This document shows positions 38,560-50,326 of a stretch of DNA of 64,000 bases, one piece after another. Location: positions 128,001-192,000 of the forward strand of contig CAXXKT010000001.1 of the NCBI GenBank assembly GCA_963662405.2. The letters are read 5' to 3'. The notes under the pieces are model-generated. The model made no database searches and was not told where the DNA came from. It saw only the letters and a list, made by a program, of their open reading frames with translations. Source of the DNA: Syntrophales bacterium. GTDB lineage: Bacteria > Desulfobacterota > Syntrophia > Syntrophales > UBA2210. The translations under genes and the position numbers were made by a program. Every line of letters begins with the position of its first letter. The first letter of the stretch is position 1.

Positions 38560-39846
38560 ATGAGAAAATCCGTCAGGAATACATCGAGGCGGTTGTGCCT
38601 CATCACAGTCCTCATAGTGATGGCCGTCTCAAGCGGCTGCGGCGACGATACGGATGTCCGATACCGTGATACCGAATGGGTGAACGTCGGGAGTATCGTT
38701 GCTCTGTCGGAAGCCTCGCCCATCTGGGGTTGGTCCTGCCTGGAAGCGCTTCGCTGTGCCGAGGCCGACGTGAATGCAGACCCGGCGAATCAAAATTCAG
38801 GTAAGAAGGTTCGACTGATTTATGGAGACAGCGGAACGGATCCGGATGTAGCGGACGCGCTCCTTGAGTCCTTCATCAACCAGGGGGCGCGTGCCGTGAT
38901 CGGTCCGTTGACCAGTTCGGAATTGTTGACCATGGCCGATACCGTCAACGCCTCCGATTCGATCGTGATCAGCCCCAGCAGCACGATGTCGCAACTATCC
39001 GTTGCCGGCGACAACATCTTCCGCATGGTTCCCGACGATCGCCTCATGATCGAGGCTGTTGTAGAAGCCCTTTTGTACAAGGGTATACGGCATCTTGCGG
39101 TTATGTATATCGATGACGAATGGGGAGCGGCCATTTTCGAGGACTTGAGCCGCTCTTTTGAAGAACGAGGCGGGACCCTGCTGGGGAGTCAAAATTATTT
39201 GAACCTGCGGCCCGACATTCTTCAGGGAGCTCTGGACGATTTAAGTGGTCTGGTGTCGGACCAGATGACAATAAGCGATCCGTCCACAATCGGTTTTATG
39301 ATCATCTGTTACGATGAGGGGTCCGGGATTATCGAGCTGGCTGCTCCAGACCCCGTGCTGGGTGCAATCAGATGGTTCGGTACCGACGGATTTGCCAACT
39401 CCCGATCGCTGCTTGAAAACGAGACAGCCGCTCTTTTTATGGTTCAAACCGAATACCTCGCTCCTTCCCTGTATGTGCCCCTGACGCCTGAAGGGGAGGC
39501 ACTGAAGGAAAGAATCGAGACCGCCACAGGAGTGCCTGCCACCCACTATTCCCTTCTGGCCTACGATGCCTTTCGTACGGCAGCCGAAGTTCTGCTCAAT
39601 GCGTCAAGAAATATTACCCTTGATGATCTGCAGCGCAGCATATTCTCCGGACTCGAATCCGACCACTATGCAACCGGCAACATGGCACTTAACGAAACCG
39701 GCGACAGGGCAACGGGCACCTATTATTTCTATACGGTGGAAGCCGACGGCGGATCATACGCGTGGCGACACGTTCTGACCTGGGAAGATGACCGCATCGC
39801 CCCGGCCGCGACCGCTCCGCTCATTGCGCTGAGCTATCATCAATAG
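38560..39846 (+). CDS. Branched-chain amino-acid-type periplasmic binding lipoprotein
   Basis: Lipobox SSGC; VIGPLTS, ISPSST, FRMVPDD, AYDA. Confidence 0.88.
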   Translation: MRKSVRNTSRRLCLITVLIVMAVSSGCGDDTDVRYRDTEWVNVGSIVALSEASPIWGWSCLEALRCAEADVNADPANQNSGKKVRLIYGDSGTDPDVADALLESFINQGARAVIGPLTSSELLTMADTVNASDSIVISPSSTMSQLSVAGDNIFRMVPDDRLMIEAVVEALLYKGIRHLAVMYIDDEWGAAIFEDLSRSFEERGGTLLGSQNYLNLRPDILQGALDDLSGLVSDQMTISDPSTIGFMIICYDEGSGIIELAAPDPVLGAIRWFGTDGFANSRSLLENETAALFMVQTEYLAPSLYVPLTPEGEALKERIETATGVPATHYSLLAYDAFRTAAEVLLNASRNITLDDLQRSIFSGLESDHYATGNMALNETGDRATGTYYFYTVEADGGSYAWRHVLTWEDDRIAPAATAPLIALSYHQ

Positions 39847-40103
39847 CCGTTTCCGGACATACGGACCGGGTTAATTCCCAACCGACCGTTGGTTCATTAG
39901 GTGTTGAGTACCAGGACATCGATAACGATTCTTTGTGCCACGACATCGCTCACGCTCGACAGTTTTATCGCAGTTGATAATCGAATTCCTCTGCCCCGAG
40001 TTGATCCCTTGATTATCCACGCATGTATCAGCCGGCCTCGATGAGTGCCCTGCGTAATGTTTCCGTTTCGGCCTCTTCCACCAATTATGTAAATAATATC
40101 AAT

Positions 40104-40121
40104 TATGTCAATAATGTCATA
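40104..40121. promoter_or_regulatory. Palindromic operator box upstream of first fdhF-like gene
   Basis: TATGTC-aataat-GTCATA next to TTGACA. Confidence 0.6.
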
Positions 40122-40495
40122 TCTTGACAAGCATGAGGGCTTGGTCTATAGGATGCATGCCTGATTGTGTAAATCAAGCGTGATGCCCTTGTAAAAAGTC
40201 GGCCGGCGAATGAGACGTTGCTGCCGGCTGAAAGCGTATATTGTGTAAGAATTTTGCCCACTATTTTCAAGTGAGCGCGTAGCTCTGCTCTTTAACAGAG
40301 TTAAGCTCCCCGTGGTGAGCCGCGGGATATCCTGCAGAGGACTTTCGTAAAGAGTCAAAGTTTTCATTTCTATTTTCTATACAACTGAAAAATGTGAAAG
40401 AGGCCTGGCCCGTGTCCGGGCGGATTTCTTTCGCCATGGAACTAAAGACATAAAGCCCGTTGGAATACAGTTCAATAAATGAAAGGATCTAAGAG

Positions 40496-43189
40496 ATGGA
40501 CAAGAAAATCACCTTAACGATCGATGGGAAGGCGTGTGAGGCTTCTCCAGACCAAACCATCTTGGATGTCGCGAGGGCTGCCGGAATTCATATCCCCACT
40601 CTCTGTTATTTCAAGGGAACCACCAATGTGGGAGCCTGCAGGGTATGCGTCGTGGAGGTGGAAAACGCCCGGTCGCTGGTTGCGTCGTGTTGTATGCCGG
40701 TCAGCCAGGGAATGGTCGTCACGACCAACTCGGAGCGGGTCCTTACGGCCCGAAAGATGGTAGTGGAACTCCTCTGGTCGTCCGGAAATCACAATTGTCT
40801 TCAGTGCGAACAGAACGGAAACTGCGAACTCCAGGACCTCGTCTATGAACTGGGTATCGAACAGCCTCGCTTCGAGATCGAATCCCCGGGGTACGAAACA
40901 GAAGAAACCAATGCCATGATACAGCGGGACCTGAACAAGTGCATCCTCTGCGGGAGATGCGTCCGCGTCTGTAACGAGATCCAGGTCCACGAGGTCCTCG
41001 ACTTTTCCATGCGCGGATCACACGCGAAGGTCGGCCCCGCCTTCGGTGAGGACTACATCGATTCGAACTGCGTCTTCTGCGGCTCATGTGTAGACGCCTG
41101 TCCCGTCGGTGCCCTGACGTTCAAACAGGCACGGTTCAAGGGGCGCCCGTGGGAGATCGAAAAAGTCCGTACCACCTGCCCCTATTGCGGCGTGGGATGC
41201 CAGATGGACCTCAACATCAGCGAGGGAAAGATCATCAAGGTCACGGCCGACCGGGAGTACGGCAAACCCAATGAGGGGATGCTCTGCTCGAAGGGGCGAT
41301 TCGGAATGAACTTTATCGACAGCCCCGACCGCCTGAAAATGCCCCTCATCCGCAAGAACGGGGAACTCCAGGAGGCGACCTGGAACGAGGCCTATGACTA
41401 CATCACGAAAAAGCTGACCGGCATCAAAGAAAAGAACGGCCCCGACAGTATCGCGGGGCTTTCCTCGGCCCGGGTCACCAATGAAGAAAACTATCTCTTC
41501 CAGAAATTCATGCGAGCGGTGATCGGAACAAACAATGTCGATCACTGCGCCCGTCTCTGACACTCCGTCACGGTAGCCGGTCTGGCTGCCACATTCGGAT
41601 CAGGGGCCATGACGAATTCGATCGAGGAGATAGAATTTACGGACGCGATCCTCGCCATCGGGACGAACACGACGGAGAATCACCCGGTGATCGGATCGGG
41701 GGTGAAACGGGCGGTCCGCCGGCGCGGCGCCAAGCTGATCGTGATCGATCCCCGGAAGATCGGTCTCGTCGACTACGCCACCATCTGGCTGCGTCCCCGG
41801 CCCGGCACGAATGTCGCCGTCCTTAACGGCCTGATGAACGTGATCATCGAGGAGAGACTCTACGCCAAGGAATATGTGGCGGAGCGCACCGAGGGGTTCG
41901 AGGCGTTGAAGGAGGCCCTTGCGAAATACACCCCCGAGCATGTCTCGGGGATCACCGGCGTACCGGCCGAGGATATCAGGAAAGCCGCCCGGATATATGC
42001 CGAGGCGAAGAGCGCTTCCATCCTGTACGCCATGGGAATCACCCAGCACACGCACGGTACCGACAATGTGAAATCCTGCGCCAATCTGGCGATGCTGTGC
42101 GGCAATGTCGGGATCGAAGGGGGCGGTGTCAACCCCCTCAGGGGCCAGAACAACGTCCAGGGGGCCTGCGACATGGGGGCGCTTCCCAACGTCTTCCCCG
42201 CATACCAGCAGGTCGCCAATGACGAGGCCCGGGTAAAGTTTGAACAGGCGTGGAACGCCTCGCTCCCCGCAAAACCGGGGCTGACGATCATGGAGATCAT
42301 GGACGCGGCCCACCGGGGAGACCTCAAGGCCCTGTATATCATGGGCGAAAATCCGATGATGTCGGACCCCGATCTCTCTCATGTCGAGGCGGCATTGAAA
42401 AACCTTGATCTTCTCGTTGTCCAGGATATCTTCCTGAATGAAACGGGGCAACTTGCCGACGTGGTCCTCCCCTCCGCCTGTTTTGCCGAAAAGGACGGGA
42501 CCTTCTCCAATACGGAGCGGAGGGTCCAGCGCATCCGCAAGGCCGTGGATGCCCCCGGCGAGGCGAAGGCCGACTGGCAGATCATCTCCGACCTGGCGAC
42601 GCGGATGGGGTACGCCATGAGTTATGCCTCCGCCAAGGAGATCATGGACGAGATCAACACCGTGACCCCCAGCTACGCGGGGATCACGTACGAGCGGATC
42701 GAAGAGGAAGGGCTTCAGTGGCCCTGCCCCACGCTCGAGCATCCCGGGACGAAATACCTGCACAAGGACAAGTTCTCCCGGGGACTGGGACTCTTTTCAG
42801 CGATCGAGTACCGGTCGTCTGAAGAGGTACCGGACAAGGAATACCCCTTCTTCCTCACGACCGGACGCGTTCTCTACCACTTCCACACGGCGACCATGAC
42901 CCGCAGGAGTAAAGGGCTCGTCGAGCGGTACCCGGAGAGTCTGGCGGAGATTAACCCCACAGACGCCGGGAAGCTGGGAATCAAAGATGGAGACTTCGTG
43001 ACCGTCACATCGCGGCGCGGGAGTCTCAAGGTGAAGGCCAGCGTGGTGGAGACCCCGCCGGAGGGGACGATCTTCATGAATTTCCACTTCAGCGAGGCGG
43101 CGGTGAATCTCCTGACTAACCCCGCGCTCGACCCGGTGGGGAAGATCCCCGAATACAAGGTCTGCGCGGTGAAGATCGAGGCCGCGTAA
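40496..43189 (+). CDS. fdhF: Cytoplasmic formate dehydrogenase alpha subunit with NuoG-like Fe-S N-terminus, selenoprotein (UGA 41558-41560)
   Basis: [42 protein letters not shown]. Confidence 0.93.
41572..41590 (+). promoter_or_regulatory. SECIS hairpin
   Basis: GGTAGCC-GGTCT-GGCTGCC, 11 nt after the UGA. Confidence 0.85.
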
Positions 43190-43228
43190 ACATTCGTTAG
43201 AACCAAACCGCAACGCGGGAGTAAATAC

Positions 43229-43260
43229 AAAAGGAGACGGCTTCAGGGCCGTCTCCTTTT
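43229..43260. terminator. Bidirectional terminator between the convergent fdh genes
   Basis: AAAAGGAGACGGC-ttcagg-GCCGTCTCCTTTT. Confidence 0.9.
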
Positions 43261-43284
43261 ATTGTTTTGATCTGCTGCCTATTG

Positions 43285-45978
43285 TTACAGTTTTTCCAGC
43301 GTCACGGCGCAGGCCTTATACTCGGCGGTCTGCGTGGCGGGATCGAATACCGGATTGGTAAGCCAGTTCGCGCATCCCTCGCGGAAATGGAATGCCATCC
43401 AGACCATTCCCGGCGGGACCTGCTCCGTCACCTTGGCCTTGACCTTCACGTCGCCGCGTCTCGACCGGACCCGGATCATCTCGTCGTGGGCGATACCGAG
43501 GCTCCTGGCATCGGCAGCCGATATGTCGGCCGTCTCCTCGGGGAGGAGGAAGTCCATTCCGGCGCGGCCGGTCTGCGTCCGGGTGTGGTACTGGTAGAGC
43601 CGCCTCCCCGTGCTGAGAACGAAGGGGTACTCCTTGTCGGGGACCTCCGCCGGCGGCGTCCAGTCCACCGCATTGAATTGACCCAGCCCGCAGGTGAACT
43701 TCCCTTCCCGGTGGAGAAAAGCCGTACCGGGGTGCTCCTCATCGGGGCACGGCCACTGGAGTCCGTCGTTCTCGATCCGCCGGTATTTGATGCCGCAGAG
43801 GGCCGGCGCCAGGACGGATACCTCGTTGTCCCAGATCTCCTGGGAGCTTTCAGAGGCCCACTCGTGCCCCATGCGTTTCGCGATCTCTCTGAAGATCCAC
43901 CAGTTGGGCCTCGCGATTCCCGGGGGCTCGCTGACCTTTCGGACGCGGTTGACCCGGCGCTCACTGTTCGTGAAGGTCCCGTCGTCTTCGCACCAGGCGG
44001 CGGCCGGGAGGATCACGTCGGCGAATCGCGTCGTCTCGGTGGGGAAGATATCCTGGCAGACGATGAATTCGGCCGCCGCAAGTTCCTCTTCCACCTTGGT
44101 GATATCGGGCTCGCTGTTCGCCAGGTTCTCACCGAAGATATAAAAGGCCTTCACCGCCCCGCTCTTCAGCCCCTCCATCATCTGGGGGATCATAAGACCG
44201 TTCGCGCCGGGAAGATCCTTCACGCCCCATGCCTTCTCGAACTTGGCACGGGCATCGGCGTTGGCGACCTGCTGGTAGCCGGGAAAAACGTTGGGGAGGG
44301 CACCCATGTCGCAGGCCCCCTGGACGTTGTTCTGACCGCGGAGGGGATTGACACCCCCGCACTCCTTCCCCATGTTCCCCAGGAGCATCTGGAGATTCGC
44401 CGTGGACATGACGTTGTTCTTGCCGCAGGTGTGCTCGGTGATCCCGAGGGTGTAGCAGAGCATGCAGGATTCGGCGGCCGCCAGGCGGCGGGCCACGTCA
44501 CGGATCATCTCTTCGGATACACCTGCCACCTCCGCCGCCCGTGACACCGGATATTCGAGGACCTTCTCCTTCAGTTCCTCGAACCCGACACAGCATGTCG
44601 ATATGAACTCTTTATCGTACAGGTCTTCGGTGATGAGGACGTTCATCACCCCGTTCAGAAAAGCGATATCGGACCCCACCTTGATGGGGACATGGAGCGA
44701 GGCGAAGTCGACCAGGGGCTGTCTCCGCGGATCGACCACGATCAGCTCGGCCCCTTTGCGCACGGCATTCTTGAGGAAGGTCGCCGCCACGGGGTGGGCC
44801 TCGATCATGTTGGTGCCGATGCAGAAGAACATCTTCGCCCGGCTGAACTCGTCAAAGGAATTGGTCATGGCCCCGGAACCGAAGGAAGCCGCCAGACCGG
44901 CGACTGTGGGGGCGTGTCAGGTACGGGCACAGTGATCGATGTTGTTTGTCCCCAGCACCGATCGGAAGAGTTTCTGCATCTGGTAGGAGTCTTCGTTGAT
45001 GCTGCGGGCACAGCTGACACCGGCGATGGCATCGGGCCCGTCCTTTTCGATGATCTCCTTGAACTTGGAGGCGACGAGATCCAGGGCCTCGTCCCATGAG
45101 GCCTCCCGGAAATCCCCTCCCTTCTTGATGAGGGGCGTGGTCAACCGGTCCTCCGAGTAGATAAAGTCATAGGCGAAGCGTCCCTTCACACAGAGACGGC
45201 CCTTGTTCGGCGCGCCGTCCTCGACGGCGGTCACCTTGGCAACCTTTCCTTCCTTGTTGACATGGAGCCACATCTGGCAACCCACACCGCAGTAGGGACA
45301 GGTGGTACGCACCTTTTTCATATCCCAAGGGCGCCCCTTGTACCGCGATTTCTTCTCGATCAGGGCACCGACGGGGCAGACCTCAACGCACTGACCGCAA
45401 AAGACACAGTCACTATCGAAATAGGGCTGATCGGTTCCCGCGATGATCTTCAGATCCGATCCCCGGTAGCCGTAGCTGAGGGCCCGGTTGACCACGAGTT
45501 CGTTGCAGGCCTGGACACAACGGCCGCAGCGGATACACCGGGTGAAATCGCGGATGATAAAGGGATTATCATCTTCTTTCGGGTACGGCTGCGGGCTGCT
45601 GGCGAAGGGGACATAGTCAACCTCGTACCGGTAGGCCAGATCCTGCAGCTTGCAGTTGCCGTTCGCCTCGCAGGAGATGCACTCATGAGCGCCGCTGGCG
45701 AGGAGAAGTTCCACATTCAGTTTCCGCGCCCGGCGGACCCGGTCCGACTCGCTCCATATCTCCATACCCGCCGTCGCCGGCGTGCTGCAGGCGGCAACGA
45801 GGGATCGTGCCCCCGTCACCTCGACCAGGCACATGCGGCATGCACCCGTGGGTGTGGCGCCCTTCAGATAGCAGAGCGTCGGGATGTCGACTCCGTTGTC
45901 CGTTGCGACATCGAGAATTGTCTGCCCGGGCTCGAACGCAACGGGTTTCCCGTCCAATTGTAACGTTGCTGTGGCCAT
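43285..45978 (-). CDS. fdhF: Second cytoplasmic formate dehydrogenase alpha subunit, selenoprotein (UGA 44917-44919)
   Basis: Same architecture; DHCART-U-HAPTVAGL in frame. Confidence 0.93.
44887..44905 (-). promoter_or_regulatory. SECIS hairpin
   Basis: AGTCGCC-GGTCT-GGCGGCT, 11 nt after the UGA. Confidence 0.85.
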
Positions 45979-46113
45979 GATTTCACCTCGTTATGTAATT
46001 ATCGGTTCTATAACAACTCGGCTCGGTCTCAATAAGAAAATCTGGAATGATACAATTGATCACCCGGTTGCGGCCCACCGAGAGCCATGAAATGCATGAT
46101 TCGGTATTAAAAA

Positions 46114-46147
46114 TATACCAGTGACGACATAAGTCAATAATGGCATA
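46114..46147. promoter_or_regulatory. Tandem operator boxes upstream of second fdhF-like gene
   Basis: TATACC-N6-GACATA and TAAGTC-N6-GGCATA, next to a minus-strand TTGACA. Confidence 0.55.
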
Positions 46148-46404
46148 TTGTCAACCCTTTTATCGTCCCCCCGTGATTTCTTGCTGCTACGGAAGAACAG
46201 AGAGAGTAAAATCGAGGCGGATTTCATCCGGCGTATGGCGAATAAAGCTATAAGTTGGTAAATGATAATTGCGATGGATAGAGGTCTTTCCCAAAATTAT
46301 AAAAAGAGGGAAATTACCAAAAATGTGTGAAAAACACTTGCATTCCCCCCCCGTTGATGTAAATGAAACGAGGAAATTTATTCGAATGAGGAAAGGACGC
46401 TCAA

Positions 46405-47421
46405 ATGCAGATAATTCAACGAAGATGGTTCTATCTATCCGTCATGATGATAATCATGACGTTTTTCGCCCTGCAGGCATGCAAGAAAGGGGACGAAAAG
46501 CCTCCCGAGGGAGCTGTAGCGGTGGTTAATGGGGAGATCATCACACAGGAGGAATTCGACTCCGAACTTGCCATCATGCAAAAACAGCTCGCCAATATGG
46601 GGCAAGCGGGCGATGAGAAGCTTGCCACGATCAAGGGTAACATCCTCGAAAATCTGATTACCCGGAAGGTCCTCTCCCAGGAGAGCACGAAAAAAGGGAT
46701 CGGAGCAGATGAGGCAACCATCGATGAGCGCCTTGCCAACATCAAGACACGTTTTTCACAGGAAGGAAGTTTCGAGAAGATGCTCCAAGATATGCATCTT
46801 ACCGAAGACGCACTCAGGGACCAGTTACGGAAAGGGATGGTAATTCAGAAACTGATAGAACAGGAAGTCATCAGCCATATTGAGATATCGGACCAGGAGT
46901 CAAAAGACTATTACGATAAAAACCCCAATCTTTTTAAACAACCCGAAAAGATACAGGCACGTCATATTCTTGTCAAGATTGAACCGGAAGGGGACGAGAC
47001 CAAAAAGGCCGAGGCCCTGCAAGAGATCAAGAAGATACAGGAAGAGCTGAAGAAGGGGGGAGATTTTGCGGAGCTGGCCAAGAAACACTCCCAGTGCCCC
47101 AGCAGCGCGAAAGGTGGGGACCTCGGGGCCTTCGCTCGGGGACAGATGGTAAAACCATTTGAAGACGCCGCCTTCTCATTGAAGGAAGGCGAAACAAGCG
47201 ATATCGTTGAGACCCAGTTCGGCTATCATCTCATACAGGCGGGAAGCCGAACACCGGAAACCGCCAGCGCATACGATGACATCAAAGACAGACTTGCCCA
47301 ATATCTGAAGCGCATGAAGGCCGATACGGAGGCGGAAAAATATGTTGAAGGATTGAAGGAATCAGCTGAAATAAAGCGGTTCCTCTCCGTTGAGGATACA
47401 GGGGAGGAAAAAGCCAAGTAA
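46405..47421 (+). CDS. Parvulin-type peptidyl-prolyl isomerase (PrsA/SurA-like lipoprotein)
   Basis: ARHIL, FAELAKKHS.CPS...GGDLG, ETQFGYHLI. Confidence 0.92.
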   Translation: MQIIQRRWFYLSVMMIIMTFFALQACKKGDEKPPEGAVAVVNGEIITQEEFDSELAIMQKQLANMGQAGDEKLATIKGNILENLITRKVLSQESTKKGIGADEATIDERLANIKTRFSQEGSFEKMLQDMHLTEDALRDQLRKGMVIQKLIEQEVISHIEISDQESKDYYDKNPNLFKQPEKIQARHILVKIEPEGDETKKAEALQEIKKIQEELKKGGDFAELAKKHSQCPSSAKGGDLGAFARGQMVKPFEDAAFSLKEGETSDIVETQFGYHLIQAGSRTPETASAYDDIKDRLAQYLKRMKADTEAEKYVEGLKESAEIKRFLSVEDTGEEKAK

Positions 47422-47686
47422 GCCCCGGCGGTATGTGGCCGCACGTATTCCCCTTTTCTCGAAATTTGCGTGGGCCTTTTGTGGACACCACTGCTGTAGA
47501 TTGATTCTGCCGCTCTTCTCAGGCAGACCGAAAGAAACGAGGCCGTGCTCCATGAAACTAATCGACTTAATCCTGGTTGCATCTGCATAAACGCGCTGAA
47601 AGAGGAAAGGGGATATCCCTTTCCTCTTTTGTTTTTAACAGCAGTCAACAACCTGAATACCAGAGAACGAAAGGGGGGAAACACAC

Positions 47687-48451
47687 ATGGAATTCAAGAA
47701 TATACTCTACGACAAGAAGGGGCACATTGCCATATTGACCCTGAATCGTCCGCCGGCGAACTCGGTGAACCTTGCCACGTTGACCGACATTGAAGCCGCC
47801 CTCGATGCCGCCGAGCAGGATAAAGAGGTGCGGGTGCTCGTCGTGACGGGGGCGGGAGATAAAGGCTTCTCCGCCGGTTTCGATGTCAGTGATGCCGCCA
47901 ACGGCCACATTACCGGTCCCAAGGGGCAGGCGGTCTGGACGAGGATCGACCGGTTCACCAAACCGGTTATCGCCGCGATCAACGGCTATGCCTTCGGTGG
48001 CGGCTGTGAACTGGCCATGGCATCGACCTTCCGGGTCATGCAGGAGAACGCAAAGATCGGTCTCACGGAACTGAATCTCGGGATTATCCCCGGCTGGGGT
48101 GGAACTCAGCGCATGCCCCGGATTCTGGGCAAATCGAAGGCCCTCGAGTTGATCCTCTTCAGTAAACGCCTGACCGCCGCCGAGGCCCTGGAGATCGGAC
48201 TGGTGGACCGAGTCTCTGCCGAAGGGGAGCTGATGAAGGACGTCATGGAGATGGCCGATTTCTTGGCGAAACGTCCTCCCCTCGCCGTCACGGCCGTACT
48301 CAAGGCGGTAACAACCGGGCTCGAAAAAGGGCTGGACGAGGGAACAAAGGTGGAATGGGAAGGGACCCAGACGGTTTCGTCATCAAAGGATGCTATTGAG
48401 GGCTTCACCGCCTTCATGGAGAAACGCGCGCCCAATTTCACGGGCGAATAA
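47687..48451 (+). CDS. Enoyl-CoA hydratase/isomerase
   Basis: FSAGFD, AAINGYAFGGGCEL, E..LGIIPGWGG. Confidence 0.95.
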   Translation: MEFKNILYDKKGHIAILTLNRPPANSVNLATLTDIEAALDAAEQDKEVRVLVVTGAGDKGFSAGFDVSDAANGHITGPKGQAVWTRIDRFTKPVIAAINGYAFGGGCELAMASTFRVMQENAKIGLTELNLGIIPGWGGTQRMPRILGKSKALELILFSKRLTAAEALEIGLVDRVSAEGELMKDVMEMADFLAKRPPLAVTAVLKAVTTGLEKGLDEGTKVEWEGTQTVSSSKDAIEGFTAFMEKRAPNFTGE

Positions 48452-48479
48452 CGTATTTTAGAGGAAAGGAGTCTGGAGT

Positions 48480-49631
48480 ATGAAGCTGGAAGATGTGAAG
48501 AAGATCGTAATGATCGGTGCCGGAGACATGGGACACGGGATTGCCGCCAATTGTCTCCTCGGTGGGTACACGGTGGTGCTCCGCGATATCAAACAGGAGT
48601 TTGTTGATCGCGGAGTCGAGCTTATCAAGAAGAGTTTGGCCAAGTTCAAGGAAAAGGGGAAGATTAGCCCTGAGGCCTATGACGACGCGCTGGCACGGCT
48701 GATCCCCATGGTTGATCTTGCAGAGGCGGTCACGGATGCCGATTTCATCATCGAGGCGGTCCCGGAGAAGCTGGAACTCAAGAAGAGTGTCCTTGCCGAA
48801 CTCGACAAGCTCTCCCCCAAACATGCCATCCTCGCTTCCAATACGTCCAACATCAGCATTACCGAACTTGCGAAGGCAACGAACAGGCCGGACAAGGTGA
48901 TCGGGTACCATTTTTTCAACCCCGCCATCCTGATGAAGCTGGTTGAGGTCACCCGGGGTGCTCAGTCTTCGGATGAATCGATCCAGATCGGTTACGAACT
49001 GGCGAAAAAGATCAACAAGGTACCCGTCATCGTCGAGAAGGATTCCCCCGGGTTCATCTACAATCGTGTTAACGAGCCAACCCTGGTATTCCTCTCCGAG
49101 ATCTTGAGAGTGGGACACCCCACACCGGAGGAGTTCGACGCGGCAATGAAACCCTTCACTCCGATGACACCCTTCGAGCTTCTCGATTACGTGGGAATCG
49201 ATGTCGCATACCACGGTCTGGAATATTTCGCGGAGGTCCTCTCCTCCGACTACACACCCTCCGAGGCGATGGGCGAGTACATCAAATCGGGTAACTTGGG
49301 GAAAAAGACGGGAAAGGGTTTCTACGACTGGTCCCAGGGAAGACCACAGATCGATCTCTCCAAGGCGACGAAGGAATATGACATGAATCATCTGATTGCC
49401 TTACAAGTGAACGAGGCGACAAAGCTGATCGATGAGGGAGTCTGCCCCGATCCGAAGGAGATCGATCTGGCCATGGCGAACGGCGGCGGTTCACCCTTCG
49501 GCCCCTTTGCGCTGGCAAAGGGGATCGGGTACGACGTCCTGAACGCGAAACTGGAAGAAATTTATGACAAATTCAAGCTGGAGATCTTCAAACCCACGAA
49601 ACTCATGAAAGAGGGAAAGATCGAGGTTTAG
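48480..49631 (+). CDS. 3-hydroxyacyl-CoA dehydrogenase
   Basis: GAGDMGHG, IEAVPE, SNTS, HFFNP, LGKKTGKGFY. Confidence 0.95.
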   Translation: MKLEDVKKIVMIGAGDMGHGIAANCLLGGYTVVLRDIKQEFVDRGVELIKKSLAKFKEKGKISPEAYDDALARLIPMVDLAEAVTDADFIIEAVPEKLELKKSVLAELDKLSPKHAILASNTSNISITELAKATNRPDKVIGYHFFNPAILMKLVEVTRGAQSSDESIQIGYELAKKINKVPVIVEKDSPGFIYNRVNEPTLVFLSEILRVGHPTPEEFDAAMKPFTPMTPFELLDYVGIDVAYHGLEYFAEVLSSDYTPSEAMGEYIKSGNLGKKTGKGFYDWSQGRPQIDLSKATKEYDMNHLIALQVNEATKLIDEGVCPDPKEIDLAMANGGGSPFGPFALAKGIGYDVLNAKLEEIYDKFKLEIFKPTKLMKEGKIEV

Positions 49632-49646
49632 CCATTCACTGGCAAC

Positions 49647-49688
49647 GGGAAGGGGCACGGCCCTTTACACAGGGCCGTGCCCCTTCCC
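49647..49688 (+). terminator. 18-bp GC-rich hairpin, terminator-like without a U tract
   Basis: GGGAAGGGGCACGGCCCT-ttacac-AGGGCCGTGCCCCTTCCC. Confidence 0.6.
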
Positions 49689-49787
49689 TCGCCCGGCACG
49701 AAACCGCGGACTGCCTCCGTGCGAATCCCTTCAAAGCCCAGTCAACCGAACCCGTCGGCGCGGTGGCATTTTTCCGGAGAAACTGAC

Positions 49788-50183
49788 ATGATCCCCAAAG
49801 GTGTTCGGTACGGGTGGTATGGAGGAATTATCGGAGGATACCTGTTCCTGCCGACCGGTTCTCTGATCTTCCTGTTCACGCAACACTACGGATATGGCGT
49901 CATATGCATGGCGGTGTATATCGGCATAATCATGTATGCCCTTCTGGTCGCGCCGTGGAAGTATCCCGACACCTCCTATGGAAAATTGCTGATCCCGGTT
50001 ATTGCTCCGCTGGTCATTATCTCCCTGAGCATCGCGGTCGTGCGATTTGAATACGGGGGACAAACGATACGTTTGTGGCAGCTTATCTTTCTCATTCCGG
50101 TTTTTCTTGTCCCGGTCGTAACCACATGGAAAACGACATACCAAATGGTAACGGGTGATGACAACATTGGTTCTTCTGATTGA
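49788..50183 (+). CDS. Hypothetical membrane protein
   Basis: GGAG RBS; about four hydrophobic segments. Confidence 0.7.
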   Translation: MIPKGVRYGWYGGIIGGYLFLPTGSLIFLFTQHYGYGVICMAVYIGIIMYALLVAPWKYPDTSYGKLLIPVIAPLVIISLSIAVVRFEYGGQTIRLWQLIFLIPVFLVPVVTTWKTTYQMVTGDDNIGSSD

Positions 50184-50326
50184 CCTGCCAACTTCGCGAC
50201 AACCGTGAAGGACAAGATAAGGCACAACGTATTTTCTAATTGACTACATACATTATATGGGATATTAAAGAAAGCTATACCACAACAGGTAGTAGCAAAC
50301 AAATCTTCGCACCGAAGGAGGGCATA

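Noticed and set aside
39900..40085. Remnant of a Fis-type HTH regulator on the minus strand
   Set aside because: Only a short, stop-ridden resemblance; too weak to call.
50200..50326. Sigma-54 promoter for the pilin gene
   Set aside because: GGCAC is present but there is no TTGC at the required spacing.
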